DNA of 64,000 bases from Cyanophora paradoxa CCMP329 (GCA_004431415.1 QPMI01000120.1:30186-94185), one strand, 5' to 3'. Counted from the stretch's first letter, positions 13,450-26,137 are shown. Made by a program: numbers and translations. Notes: a model not told the origin generated them from the sequence alone.

Positions 13450-15533
13450 ATGGCTGACGCGGGCGCGCGGCGCCGGCGCCGCGCCGGCAGCTGGCGCGGC
13501 GAGCGGACGAACTCTCCCTCCCATTCGCGGCGGATCCCGAGGCGGGGGCGGCCGGGGGCCGGCTGCGCGCGAAGGCCCTGTGCCTTCGGGCGTACCTCTG
13601 TGACCAGTTCGGCCGCTGCCAGGAGGCGCTGGAGGCGGGGTACAGTGCCTTGGCCGAGCTGCGGCGCCGGCAGCTCGCCCCGGGGTCCCTCGAGGCTGAG
13701 CTTGTCGCCCGGGTCGCCATGCTGCATCGTACCCCCCTTCCCTCTCGCCCCCTCCCCCCCCCCCAATCTCTCCCGACCGCTCCCTTCGTTCGCAGTGCGC
13801 GAGAACGACTTCGTTCGCGGCTTCGCGATGGCGGGGGAGGCGTACAGCGCGGGGGGTACCGAGGAGGAAGCGCTCCTCAGCTCTTACCTCCAGCACCGCG
13901 CGAACGGTGCCCCTCGCCCCCCCCCCCCCCCCCCCCCCTTCTCCCCCCGCCGCCCCCGGGCCGCTCCGCCTAGGCCTGCGATCGCTTGCCTGAATCGGGT
14001 CGGCGGCGGTACCCCGCCCCCCCTCGCGCGCGCGCGCGCGTAGCGTGGGCGGCGTTACTGAACAACGAGGTGGAGCGGGGGGTACGGGCCGCCGAGGGCG
14101 CCCTCGAGGCGGCGGGGCGCCTGGGAGAGGCCGGCCGGTCAGCAAAGGCCGCCCTCCCCCCCCCCCCCCCCCCCCCCCCCCCCCGCCGCGCCCGCCCCGC
14201 CCGGCCCCGCCTTAGTCCACGCGCGCGCGCGCAGGCTCCTGCTCCCGTCGGCGCTGCAGGAGCTCGGGCTGGCTTGCGAGGTCGAGGGCAGCTGGCGGCG
14301 CATCCTCGGCATCGGCCGCCGCTTCCTCTCCGCCCTCGACCAGGCGCGTCCCGTCCTGTACATGTCCCGTACCCCCCCCTTCCTAAACCCCCCCCCCCCC
14401 CCCCGCAGCTGAAGGACCCATCGCTTCCCGTGCTCGACCTGTGTGGACCCTTCGCCTTCATCCGGTGGCTCGTGCGCGTTCTTAGCTAGCTCGTTAGAAG
14501 TTCACGTTTGCACACATTCTGTTATAGAAGCTCATCATAGTCTTGGCTTCTCAGAAGCTATAGCTAACATCAGTATTATGCAATCGCAATCGCAGACGTT
14601 AACATTTATAGTCTTAGAGGGCTAGAAGCTTCCCGCCCCGACCCGCGCCGGCCCGCCCCGCCCCGTCGCGACCCGCCGGGGCGCAGTCGCCTGCAGCCCA
14701 CCTCGCCGCCACCCGATGCATCCTCCTCATGTTCAAGGCGCGCCGAGCTCGCTTGTTGACTTACTCGTGGCCGGCTGATTGTATATATTGCGGTACCCCT
14801 GCAGGGCTGGGAGGGCTTCCAGAGCTTCCCCCTCTACGCCCACGCGCTCGTGTACGCCGGGGAGCTCTACTCAGACGCCGGTGAGCTTAAACTTCTGTTA
14901 GCTAGCATCTCGATTTCATAATAATTCGTCTCCGCTTACGTTTGTAAGGAGCTTCAGCGTATTATAATGCGCCACGTCATTCTTCCATCTTTTATTAGTG
15001 TCATCTTGACTCTCAAGCTTAAGCTTCTCGCGATCGGGCGCTCTTGATCTCATATATATGACTCAGGACGGGACGCGGAGGCAGCGGCGCACCTGCGCGC
15101 GGCTGGGGAGGAGTACGAACGCCGCTTCCCGCACGTGTACCCCCCCGAGCACCCGCGCTTCGGCCGCCTGCGCGAGGCGCTGCTGGGCCTGCGGCGGGCC
15201 CCGAAGGCCCCGCGCCCTGCCGCCGCCGACGGCGGCGATGGCTCCCAGGAGGACTACGCCCCTACGGAGGGCTCAGAGGCGGCAGCGGCAGCGGCAGCGG
15301 CAGCTGCAGCGGCGGCGGCGGCGGCAGCGGCGGATGAAGGAGCGGACGCCAGTTGTGAAGCGGTGGCAGCGGCGGAGGAGGAGGAGGCGACGCGAGTCGA
15401 TCGACCGCCCCCGCTGCACCTCGCCGCCGCCTTTGATGTCCTGGCCGGCAATCGCGAAGCGGCGCGGGTCGACCGGCCGCCCCCGCTGCGTCTCGCCGCC
15501 GCCTTCGATTTCATAGCGAGTTTGTTCACGTGA
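13450..15533 (+). CDS. Spliced helical-repeat (TPR-like) hypothetical protein
   Basis: Exons such as AWAALLNNEVERGVRAAEGALEAA, SALQELGLACEVEGSWRR, YAHALVYAGELYSDA and GRDAEAAAHLRAAGEEYERRFPHVYPPEHP are joined by short introns, two with GC donors. Confidence 0.45.
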
Positions 15534-16010
15534 AAAGGCAGTGGAGGGCACTAGTACTATAGCTAGGCGTGCCCACACTCCACTGCCTTTTCCTGGCCGG
15601 CGCCTTCGATTCTCTCGCCGGCCCGTTCTCCTGGCCGGATTCCCTTCGATTTCCTCGCCGGATTTCCTTCGATTTCCACTGCCTTTTCGTGGCCGGCGCC
15701 TTCGCCTGGCCGGCGCTTCCACCGCACCTCGCCGGCACCCTCAACTTCCCGGCCGGCCCGTGGCGCCGGCCCGGCCCCCGGCGCAAGCCGAGAAGCTGGG
15801 GCGTCGACCCGAGCGCTAGCTATTTATAGCCCTCCTCGGCGTGCAGCAGCCGTACAGCTTTATCTCTCTATCCGCCCCGTATGATGATGACGACGACTAA
15901 ACCCGCTTCCCAAACCATCATTTCTTCTCCCGCCCCCGGCTCTCCCTCAAGGCATTATGCCCGTGCACCTGCAGCCGCTGAGCCCGTGCTTGAGCAACAG
16001 CGATCCTAGT

Positions 16011-16168
16011 ACTAGTGTGAATGTGATCATGATCCATGATCCATGTGAACATGATCATGATGTGATCATTACTAGTGTGAATGTGATCATGATCCATGAT
16101 CCATGTGAACATGATCATGATGTGATCAGTACTAGTGTGGCTGTGATCATGATCCGATGATCCATGTG
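16011..16168. repeat. 60-bp tandem repeat x ~2.6, rich in TGATCATGA
   Basis: actagtgtgaatgtgatcatgatccatgatccatgtgaacatgatcatgatgtgatca at 16011 and 16071, partial at 16131. Confidence 0.9.
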
Positions 16169-18486
16169 AAAATGAATGTGGAAGCCTAAGCCCCTGGAAG
16201 ATTGAGCACCTTTCTGGCTTCGACTTCGACTTCGCATTCGGCCGCGGCCCCTCACAATATCAGGGCCCGGGCCGGGCCCCCCCGCGCGCGCCAGCATTTT
16301 CGGTTCAGGAGCTGCAGCGCTAGCTGCCGCGGTGCAGATTGTAGATGCCTATAAGCTCAAGTGGCCATTTGCAAGTTGCTCTCTCGGGATCCGTTTGCTT
16401 CTTCTAACCGTTTTCTGCCATAAATCCAACTATGTATGACATCAGGGCGATTTCGTATTTACATCTTCAAGCAGTACTATAGCTAGTCGACAGCAAGTTA
16501 AAGGCGAGGAACCATGCCATGATGATGTGCCGCGGTGTGCCACGTGTGCTTCATTTCAGACAGCTGGCACCGTGGCACTGATCGTGATCATGAGCTGCTA
16601 TGGCCGTCAGGCAAGTCAAGGTGTGGCTCTGGGGAGCCGCAGAGCGCGCTGCGGTGGGAATTCGAAGGCCGTGCTAGCTTACATGTGGCCTGCCTACAAC
16701 GGCTCGTCGGCCTCGGGATCGAATCCCGCCGCGGTCGCTGCGGGGGGCGGCGGGCCGAAGCGGCGCCGGCTCCGGTCTAACCCGCCCTGCCCCCGGATCG
16801 ATGGGCCGGGGGCTGTGGCCGGAGCGGCCGGCGTCGGCGGCGGAACGGCGGCCGGAGTCGGGGGCGGCCCGGGCCGGCGCTGGCTCCAATCCGTCGGCCC
16901 TTCCTGGGCCCGAGCTGGCGGGCCGGACGGCGGCGGCGCCGGCGGCGGCGGGCGGAGGGCGGCGGGGGTACGAGTTCGCCGTGGGGCCCGAACCGCTGGG
17001 ACGGGCCGGCCGAGGAGCCGGAGGCGCCGGTACCCCCCACGGGGGCGCCCGGGACGTACCCCGGCTGCGTGTACTTCGTGAGGGAGCGGCGGCGGCCGCC
17101 GGCGCCGGGGCCCGCCGGCGGGGCCGGCGCCTGAAACGAGGGCCGCCGGAGGGATGGACCCTCGCCCCCGGGCGCGGCGCCGGCGCCGGTGAGGGAGGGC
17201 CGCCGGCCGGGCCGCGGCGCGACGACGGGTACGCCCTCCTGCACCGTCTCGAGGGCCGGCGACGGGGCCGGCGCCAGAGGCGTGAAGCGGCCGGGGCCGC
17301 CGGGTACAGGCGAGACCCGAGGCAGGGGGGAGGGAGCCGGGGCGGCCGGGGTACGGCGGGACTCGATCGAGGTGCGGGCGGAAGAGATGGAGGGCCGCCG
17401 GGGCCGCAGAATCGAGAGCGAGGGCCGCCGCGCCCCCTCCGGCCCGTACTGCCGTACCCCTCAGACGAGGCGGGTGGGGGGAGGGGAGGGCGGGGTACGC
17501 AGCGCGCACGTCGAGGGCCCAGAGGCGGGCGGCGTCGATGGGGGTACGGGGATGCCCTGGAGGGACGGGCGGCGCGGGGCGGCGAGCGAGGGCCGGGGCG
17601 CCGCCGGCGGGGCGGGCGGGGCGGTCGGGGCGCCGGCGCCGCGGGGCGGGCGGGCCGGGGCCGGGGCCGCCGGGCCGGGGCCAGGGGGCGGAGGGTGCCT
17701 TCATGCGCCAGAAGCGGGGGAACTCGGGTCGCTCCCCGGTCATCAGGTACCTGGGCAGAGGGGGGGTGGGGGGGTGGGGGCTCAGGTCAGGCGGGCAAAA
17801 CTCGCTCAAATCCGCGGGACCCAGAGGAGGGGGTGGGGTGGGGGGTGAAGGAAGGAGGGAAGGGGGGAGGGGAGGGCGGGGGACGGCGGGCGGCGGCGGC
17901 GGCGGAGGCGGCGGAGGCAGGAAGCCGGGGGGGTCGGGCGGGCGGGCAGAACAAGCTTCAGGCTCAGTGCTGGGACGAGGGCGGCGGGAGAAGAAGAAGT
18001 CTAGGCAGTCTTGGGGGAAGGGGGGGGAGGGGGGGGGGTTACAGAGAGGGGGGGGGGAAGCCCGGCGGGGTGGGGCGAAGCGGGGTGGGCTCGGGACGCG
18101 GCCCGGCGGGGTGGGGCGAAGCGGGGTGGGGGAAGGTCATGGGGGCCCCGCGCGCACCAGACCACACACCAGATCCACACCGCGATCGCTGCGGGGGAAA
18201 CGATGATCAGTCCCCGCGGGGAACATCTAGGCGGAGCGAGGTACGTAGAAAGCACGGCATCTAGGCCCCTCGCGGGCGGGCCGGGCGCGGCGTTCATCCC
18301 TAGGCCCTGTTCTTCGATGGGCGCTACGCCGAGCCGCTGGGCGGGGCGGGGCGAGGCTGTTCTCAAAAGCGCGTACCCCAGGAGTAGCCGCAGCCGCAGA
18401 AGCCGTCGAAGCAGTTGAGGCCGTACACCCCAATGAACGAGGCCGCCGTCTGAGAGGGGGGCGGGGCGGGGCGGAGACGCGAGGCT

Positions 18487-18779
18487 AGGTCCGCGTCCAG
18501 CGAGAGCGACGGGTCCAGCTGGGCGTCTGTGGGACGGTCGGCGCGTGAGGACGGACCGGAAGGTGCGTGCGAAGTACGCGCCGCTCGCACATTTGCGAAA
18601 GAAGTCGGCGGCTGCGGCTTCCTTGGACTCAACGCCCTTGTACATGTTCAGCGCCTCGACCTCCGCGATGGCATCCCGCGCGCTTCGCCCGTCGATGACG
18701 CCCCGCGCGTCGCCCGCCGCGCCGACGGCCGCCTCGAGCGCCGCGCCGCCAGCCGAGCCTCCAGTGCCGCGGTGCTCAT
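18487..18779 (-). pseudogene. 5'-only truncated duplicate of the DCTN3-like gene
   Basis: Matches 8697-8999, then homology stops at 18487; an indel near 18740 shifts the frame. Confidence 0.7.
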
Positions 18780-19122
18780 CGCCTGCTTCGCGGGTCGTGC
18801 GGCCGGTGCCCGGAAGCGAGTGTAGCGCGCTGGCACTTGCAATTGGAGAGGGCTAGCGCGCGCTGGCTGGCCTCGTTTTAGAGCCAGAGAGACCCAGGGG
18901 GGGACGAGCGCCGGGGGGAATGAGCGCTGGGGGGAGTACAGTCGTCACAGAGCCAGTCGACCTACAGAAGCGGCTCTGCGGCCAGCGGCGGCCTCCAGCT
19001 GTGCATTCCTGGCGTACGCGGACCGTCTCGCTGCGCTGGCGCCATGGGATAGCGGCCTCGCCGCCGGATAGCGCTTCTGACGTCCGCACGCCGCGGCGCG
19101 CGCCGCAAACATCGGACGAACA

Positions 19123-19659
19123 ATGGGTGAGCTCCAATCTTCGTCCGCATTGCTCGCGGACACCTGCGGCGTCGTCGCGCCGTCGCCGCTTTCTTCTGCT
19201 CACCGCCACTTGCGCAGGGCTCTTCACCTTCCACGCGGTGGACCTTTCCAAGGTCGACGGTGAAGCCTTAGGGACGGCCGCCATGGGGCGCGCGGCCGAG
19301 TCTATCGGCCGCGCGGCAGAGAACCTCAGCGGTTCCGTCGGCCGTGCGGCAGAGAACCTCAGCGGTTCCGTCGGCAACACCATTGCCCAATGTGCGCCCG
19401 TTCCTTCGCCTCGCAATTCCGCATCCGATCTTCGCCGCAGACACGCCCGGGAAAATCGTACTAGGCCTCGTCCTCATCGTCACCGTTCCCATCGTTACGA
19501 TCAGTGCGCCCAAGCCCCCATCCACTTCTCATGAATGCGAAATCAGACGCGCGCGCGCGCGCAGAGGTCGTCGACGCGATCATCAGCGGGGTGAAGGAGC
19601 AGAAGCACCGAGTGGCGCACGAGCACGGGGTCGTCCGCGTCCAGCGCGCCGACCAGTAG
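19123..19659 (+). CDS. Small 4-exon membrane protein (copy 2, one 30-bp repeat unit fewer)
   Basis: Same exon/intron structure as 9337-9904, with substitutions (GRAAENLSGSV x2; KIVLGLVLIVTVPIVTI). Confidence 0.6.
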
Positions 19660-19984
19660 AAACTGATCATGACGAGTCGACTTCGCGCCCTACCTTCTTC
19701 AGTGGGATTCGAATTCGATGTACCTGTACAGACGCTTGCAATTGATCGACCCTTCTGCACCTGTACAGCTGCTCGCCGAGTCGCCTTCAACGGTTCGCAT
19801 GCGTTTCGTGCTGCGATGAGCGACGTGCATGCAAACTGCCATTCCAGCCGCCAGGCTGTAGCCGCCCCGGGCCCGGCCTGCCCTCGCTTCATCGCGGACC
19901 TCGCTCGCACAAAGCTACAGTCCACGCTCATGCTGCCAGGCGCCGAGGGCGGGGGCGCAGGGGGGACGGCGCAGCGGCCCGCAG

Positions 19985-20500
19985 CGGGGGCGAGGCGGGC
20001 GGCGGTGGCGGCTCGCGGGGCGGGGCGGAGGCGCGGCGGGCGGCGGCGGCGGAGGCTCGCGGGGCGGGACGGAGGCGCAGCGTGCGGCGGCGGCGACTCG
20101 CGGGGCGGGACGGAGGCGCGGCGGGCGGCGGCGGCGGCTCGCGGGGCGGGACGGAGGCGCGGCGGGCGGCGGCGGCGGCTCGCGGGGCGTGGCGGAGGCG
20201 CGGCGGGCGGCGGCGTGGCACGCGGGGCGGGACGGAGGCGCGGCGGGCGGCGGCGGCGGCTCGCGGGGCGGGACGGAGGCGCGGCGGGCGGCGGCGGCGG
20301 CTCGCCGGGCGGGGCGGGGCGAGGCGGGCGGCGGTGGCGGCTCGCGGGGCGTGGCGGAGGCGCGGCGGGCGGCGGCGGCGGCTCGCGGGGCGGGACGGAG
20401 GCGCGGCGGGCGGCGGCGGCGGCTCGCCGGGCGGGGCGGGGGCGAGGCGGGCGGCGGTGGCGGCTCGCCGGGCGGGGCGGAGGCGCGGCGGGCGGCGGGA
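19985..20500. repeat. GC-rich minisatellite (~39-bp unit gcggcgggcggcggcggcggctcgcggggcgggacggaggc)
   Basis: Direct reading; related to 10490-10900 in inverted orientation. Confidence 0.85.
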
Positions 20501-20769
20501 GCGGCAGGCGCCCAAGCGATGCGAGCGCAGACGCATCGAAGAGGCGCCACGAGCCTGACAAGCAGCCGAAGACCGCCCAGCTCCTGGGAGGAGGCCGGGC
20601 CTCCGCCCCGCCCCGCGAGCCGCGCCGCCGCACGCCGCCTCTCCGCCCCGCCCAGCGAGCCGCCGCCTTCGGTCCTTCACCGTTCGCGCGAACTACCGTA
20701 CCCTCCCCGAGGCGCGCCACCCGGGCCCTCGCCTTTGCCCCTACCCCCCTTCGCCTCACCCCCCCTCCA

Positions 20770-21727
20770 GTTCGCTTCCACGCGGCTGGATACCCTCGAG
20801 TTGAGTACCCCCAAGTTCAGCCAGGATGGGCCCGGCCTCGGTCTCCTGCGTGACGCCGCCCTTATCGCGCGCCCCTATCCCCCCTCCCCCCTCCTTCCCT
20901 TTTCGAGCCTGCTCGCAGGGGAGCCTTCGGGATCTGACCCTGCGCGGGGGTTTCCGCGACTGGACGAGCTTCGCCTCCGCCCCAAAGGTGCCGTACTCCC
21001 CCCAGTTCCGCACCCCCCTCTGATCCCGTACCCCCCGACTCGCCGCGCATCAGCTGCTCTCGCAGCTGCGGTCCCTATCGCTCCTGAAGTGCGCGGCCCG
21101 GCCCCGGCCCTTAGAAAGTGGCGGCTCATCTTAGGGGGTACTCCGCGCAGGGCCGCGGAGCTCAATCCCGTGTGCCTGGCCCTGCTCCCTCGCTTCTCGG
21201 CCCTGGAGCGACTCTCAGTCGGCCTGTCGAGCTTCCAGTGCTTCACAGCGCTCGCGGGGGCGCTGCCCGCGGTCCCCGCGCTCCGTTCGCTCTTCCTGAG
21301 CGTCTCGACCTCCAGCCATCGCCCCGAGTCCAACCAAGCGGCGGGGCGCACCGCCGTCGCCGTCCTCCTCCGCGCCGCCAGGGCGCGCACCCCCCGTCCG
21401 TCCTCGACTAATCCGTTCCTGGGCTGATTGCTGTACCCCCAGGACACGCTGGAGGAGTACGATCGGGACCACCTCTACCCCAGCGAGGAGGAGAGCGGGG
21501 CACTGGCGGCGTGCACGCGCCTGCGGCGGGCCTCGCTGACGCTGGCGGAGCCGGCCGAGGCCGTGGCCGCCGGGAACCTCGCCGCGCTGGCCCCGCTCGC
21601 CTCCGTCGCCGCCCGCCCCGCCCCGGCCCGGGGGGACCTGGAGCTTGTCCGGCGCTCCGGGGACGCCTCGGACTGGGGCGATCGCGACCTGCAGCCCCTC
21701 CTCGGCGCCCGCTGGCTCCTCGTGTAG
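20770..21727 (+). CDS. Leucine-rich-repeat-like gene or relic (spliced)
   Basis: LxxLxL motifs: FPRLDELRLR, PALRKWRLIL, FSALERLSVG, VPALRSLFLS, CTRLRRASLT. Confidence 0.4.
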
Positions 21728-24700
21728 GCCCTGAGGGCCGCCGGGGCGCGCCTTCCGAAGTTCGATTCGGTCAATTCACTCCCCATGTACCCCTCCAGTA
21801 CTTTTATTCCGTACCCCTGTGGTGAACAAGCCCCCGCATTCCCCCATTGCGCCCTCCTCCCAAATCACCACTTCTTCTCCCGCCCACCCCCTTCATGTCT
21901 GCGGCCGCCGTGCACGCACACATATATGGTATACGTACCCCCTGCATTCGTTTTCCGGCCGCCTTGGGGGAACGAACTGCGCGGCCGGCGAGTCTGGACT
22001 CTGGACTTCGAATTTAGATCCGGTCGCACATATATATCAAAACCCATGGCCAGCAGCTGCAGTATGACGCCACGTGCACGCAGCTGCAGCGCCGCGGCGC
22101 AGCTACGAGGCTAGCTACACCTACAGTCCGACGGTCCTAGCTATATAATATGATATAGCGCTAATCATGAAGTTGAGCTAATACGTGTGCGTACGTATGC
22201 TAATGCGCTATACGCTATACGTATATATGCGTATGCTAATGAAAACTAAGTTGAGCTCGCGACTCGATCGATATCCGTATCACGTTTAATTTGCTTCATG
22301 GTCTTTAAACGCGTATGAAAAACTGAGAATTCGTACGAGAATGTAGCTGGCAAGTTGATTCGAAAACGTCACGGCGTGGGAGGAATATCACGCAAAGAAC
22401 AATTAGAAGGCTCTAAGCTCTGACTCCGTGAGCTGATCATGAAAAACAAAGGATCATGAAAAGCGGGAGGAATATCACGCAAACAACAAAAAGAAGTCTC
22501 TTATATAATTATATATCATTGCCGAAAGTTGAAATATAAGCTCTGATCATGAAAAATGAAGGACGCGAGGCACGGAGTCCGGATCCGGGAGCCGCTGAGC
22601 CTTGTGCACGGTCCTGTCGCGTAGATGCCATGATCGGTGCCGGCGAGCCCGGCAGCGCTTGCAATTGCTCAGCGTCCGAAGCCATGGCCACCGCCACGTG
22701 CCGCAGTGCACGTGCCATGGGCGGGGCCGGATCCGATGATCCGGATCCGGAGGCGCGCACGTGGCGGGGCGGGCGCCGGCCGCGGGGCGGGCGGGCGGGC
22801 GGGGCGGGGCGGGGCGGGGCGCGCGGCGGGGCGGGGCGGGGAGAGGCGGGAAAATCCGTCGCCTGGGGAGGGGAAGTACACGTATGTGGGGGGACGACTC
22901 CGGATCCAGACTCGCGATCGGCCGCGATCGCCAGCCAACCTGGCGGGCCGGCACGGGGCGCGCGCGGGGGGCTCGAGCCCGAGGCCCCGGCCCGAGCTGG
23001 ACGAGTCGGAAGGATGCGGAGAATCCGGACCCGAGCCGGGTTGAAGGGGGTATGGCGGGTCGGTTGTGTGTGCACGAGATCCGGAGCTGATAACGAAGGA
23101 AAAAAGGGAAGAAAAGGAAAAAAAGGAGAGACGAAGGGAAAGCGCTGGGCTGCGGTGTTGCTGGGTCGCTGGCGCTGGTTCAGCGAAGGGCCCAGCTGCA
23201 GGCCAGGCCTAGAAGCTCCTGCTCGCGCTGGAGTTCGCCCCTCCCGGCGCCGGTGACGACTCAAGCTTAAGGTCAGGAGCGTGATGAACGGGCGGCGCGC
23301 GGCGCTCTGGGCGCATCGGGGGCCCGCCGCGCGGCCCCGCGGTACCAGCGCCCGCTGCGGATATCGATCCGGAGAGGCCGATCGCGAGCGATGGTGCGAG
23401 TGCGAGGGGCGGCGGCGGCGGCCACGGGTCCCGCGAGGCTGTGGCGACGGGCGCGGGCGCGGCCGATGCCGCGGTACTCGCGATCGTGGACGGGCTGCGG
23501 CTGGCGCTAGCGCTAGCCGAGGAGGAGGCGCCGCCGGCCACGGGCTGCAGCTGGCCGCTGCCGTATGGCGGCGGATCGATATCCGGACCCGCCGGCGACG
23601 CCGAGCTCGAGATCGATCGCGAGCCGGATCCGAGCGGGCCGATCGCGAGCTCGCGCTCGAGCTCCTCGACGTCGAGCTCGAGCTCGCCGTCCGGATCCGG
23701 ATCCGGATCCGCCTCGCGATCGGGCGCGGGAGCGACTGAGGTGGCGGCCAGCAGCGGCGGCGGCTCGAGCTCCGGCTCCGTCTTCTGCGGCGGCGTTCGC
23801 GTACCGGGGCAGTGAGCGAATGCGATAAATGTGCCTAGAGAACATCTTAATCTAGATGGCTTTAAGTTTGTATAATTAGCTGCGGTGCGCAGCCTGCAGC
23901 TGGGGTGCACCTGATCCTGCACGCGTGGCTGGCCGTGGCGCCGGCCCTGCGTCTGCCCGTAGCCGCGGCCGGCACCCTCGCCGCGACGGGGGCGCGCCGA
24001 GCGCGGACCGGACCTAGCCCTCGCGACCGGCTTCGAATCCGACCGACCGCGCTCGACATCGCGATCGCGACCTCGCGAGTGCTGCCGCGCCGCCGCCGAC
24101 GCCGCCGCCGCCGCCGCCGACGCCGACGCCGGCCGCGGTCGACGCTGGCGAGCCCGCGATCGAGCACTCGCCCGCGCCGGCGCCGTCGATGTCGACGTCA
24201 CTGACTGCAGCATGCGCATGGGCTCCGCATCGATATCCGCGGCCGCCGGCGCCGGCGCCGCAGCGGCACCTGTATACGTATACGTATACGTCGTGCGAGC
24301 CTGCACCTGCAACTCGCGCGCGGCGATCGATAGTTAATTGAACGTTGAAGGCGACGGCAGCGGCCGCCGGGCGCCGGCGCCGGCGCGGGCTGCACCTGCC
24401 CATGGCCCAGAAATAGATCTGGCGGGCTGGCCATGGCCACTTGCGATTGCACGCTGGGGATGTATCCAGAGCTCGAGCTGGTCGCGTGCACGCTGGGGCT
24501 GTAGTAGCCGTAGCTGGAGCTTGCGCTAGCGCTCGGGGAGGGCGACGTAGGCGGCCATGGCGCCGGATCCGGAGGCAGCGGGGGCGGGGCCCGGGGCGGC
24601 CGCGGGGGGTTAACGTTGGCGTTCCCGTCGCAGAGCGCGTGCGCATACTGCGCCAAACGCGTTTACGTCAGCGGGAAGCTTGTAATCAAGGTTGATATAA

Positions 24701-25573
24701 GCTTAAGCAGCTGCGCGTGCATGCGCAGGGTCGACGTCGGAGACATCGATCGCGATATCGATATCTATGTAATTATAACATGTACATGTCGATCTAGATT
24801 TGTGTACGTAATCGCCGGCCACATTCATATATAATTGGACGTAAAGATATATGTACATCGTACGCGTGCCGCACCTGCTTTCGGCCTGGGAAGAGAGGGC
24901 CTGCCGCGCTGGGACCATGCAACTGGCCATATGCATATGCATGGGGATCGCGAGCGGCTGCCGCTTCCGTGGGGAGCGGCCGCCACTGCAGGTGCTCGAG
25001 CACGCGCGTGCTAAGGGTCGACGTCGGCGTCGGCGTCGACGTACGCGTCGAGGTCGAGGACGAGGTCGATCGCGAGCTCGAGGTCGCTGGCGCCGGCTGA
25101 GCGTGTACATGTGTACATGTCCCGTCGGCCGCGGCCGCTCCACCTTGAAGATGCACATGCTGCTGATTACGATCAAGCGTGTATAACCCATGGCCAGCTG
25201 CGGCCGCGGCCGCCGGTGTCGATGCCGATATCGATGCGGACGCCGCCCTTAAGCTTGCTCCGTCCGGATGCACCATGGCCACGTGCACTGCCGTAGCATC
25301 CTGGCTGCAGCTGGTCGGTATCGATGCCACCGTTCTGGCGTCCTTCAAATGCGAGAAGCCGGGGATCCGGTGTAAGTGTGTCGGGGATCGATACCCGACC
25401 GCGGGGCGCCCTCCAAATGGGAGAAGCCGGCCCCGCCCATATGCATGCCCATCGCGATCGATGCCAGGGTCCACCTGCCGCATCGTACGCGTTACACGAT
25501 AGCGAGTTTTAGTTGCAATATTAATTGGACAGATCTAGAGATAGGAGATTTAAAATCGCGCGCGGCGCCGGCG

Positions 25574-25856
25574 TGTCGCGTGCGAGATTAGTGTGTCTAA
25601 TCGTGCGCGCGGGACGCCCGTGCGGAGTGCAAGCTCGGCAGGGCAGGGAATGGCGAGTGTCGCTGTAGTTAGTCACCGTGATGGTAGACTGAGGGTGTAC
25701 CCGTCCAACTACGGCGTACCCCGACACACGCATACAAATGACCGCGGCGCTCTAACTAGCCTAGGCGCCGTCGGCCTAGCAGCACGAAGGCTGCATACAT
25801 CATCTAGAGCCCTAGCGGCTCACAATCGAGCATCCACTGTAAAGTCGGATGCGACA
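25574..25856 (-). repeat. 3' LTR (283 bp)
   Basis: No differences found by eye versus 42222-42504; TG...CA ends. Confidence 0.97.
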
Positions 25857-25857
25857 A

Positions 25858-25868
25858 CTCCTCCTCTC
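25858..25868 (-). other. Polypurine tract GAGAGGAGGAG
   Basis: Purine run on the element sense strand, 1 nt before the 3' LTR. Confidence 0.85.
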
Positions 25869-25990
25869 GGATCCCGCGTCCGCGCGGGTCTACGCCCGAA
25901 GGCGAACAGAGAGAGGGCCGGGGAAGCCAGGAATTTGATCGAGCCTGAGCTCTCTATACAACGCGACCCCGGCCGCTATACACAAACGCT

Positions 25991-26137
25991 CGGAGCTACC
26001 GGCTACTGCCGGGAATCGAAAAAGGCTCCGAGCCACTCACGGTCGGCGTCACCGGCTACTGCCGGGAATCGAAAAGACGCCGAGCCCGTCTACGTCCGGC
26101 GACTGCCGGGAATCGAAAAAGGCTGTCGCCCGGCGGG
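25991..26137 (-). repeat. Three stem-loop modules in the 3' UTR sharing CCGGC-NACT-GCCGG-GAATCGAAAA (+ strand)
   Basis: CTGCCGGGAATCGAA at 26006, 26059 and 26103; outer stems CGGAGC/GCTCCG and TCGGCGTC/GACGCCGA. Confidence 0.75.

Larger units (their letters stand above)
18487..19982. repeat. Segmental duplication copy 2 (partner 8697-10233)
   Basis: Direct sequence comparison. Confidence 0.95.

Noticed and set aside
22378-22565. Repeated GGGAGGAATATCACGCAAA and GATCATGAAAA as transposon termini
   Set aside because: Short direct repeats only; no matching inverted end or TSD found.
1-25500. Many long Arg/Pro/Gly/Ala-rich ORFs in the six-frame track
   Set aside because: Shadow frames of GC-rich spliced genes and satellites; the real coding signal is in short exons.
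25991-26137. Hammerhead ribozyme or Pol III B-box
   Set aside because: GAAA is present but there is no CUGANGA core; the invariant G of the B-box is missing.
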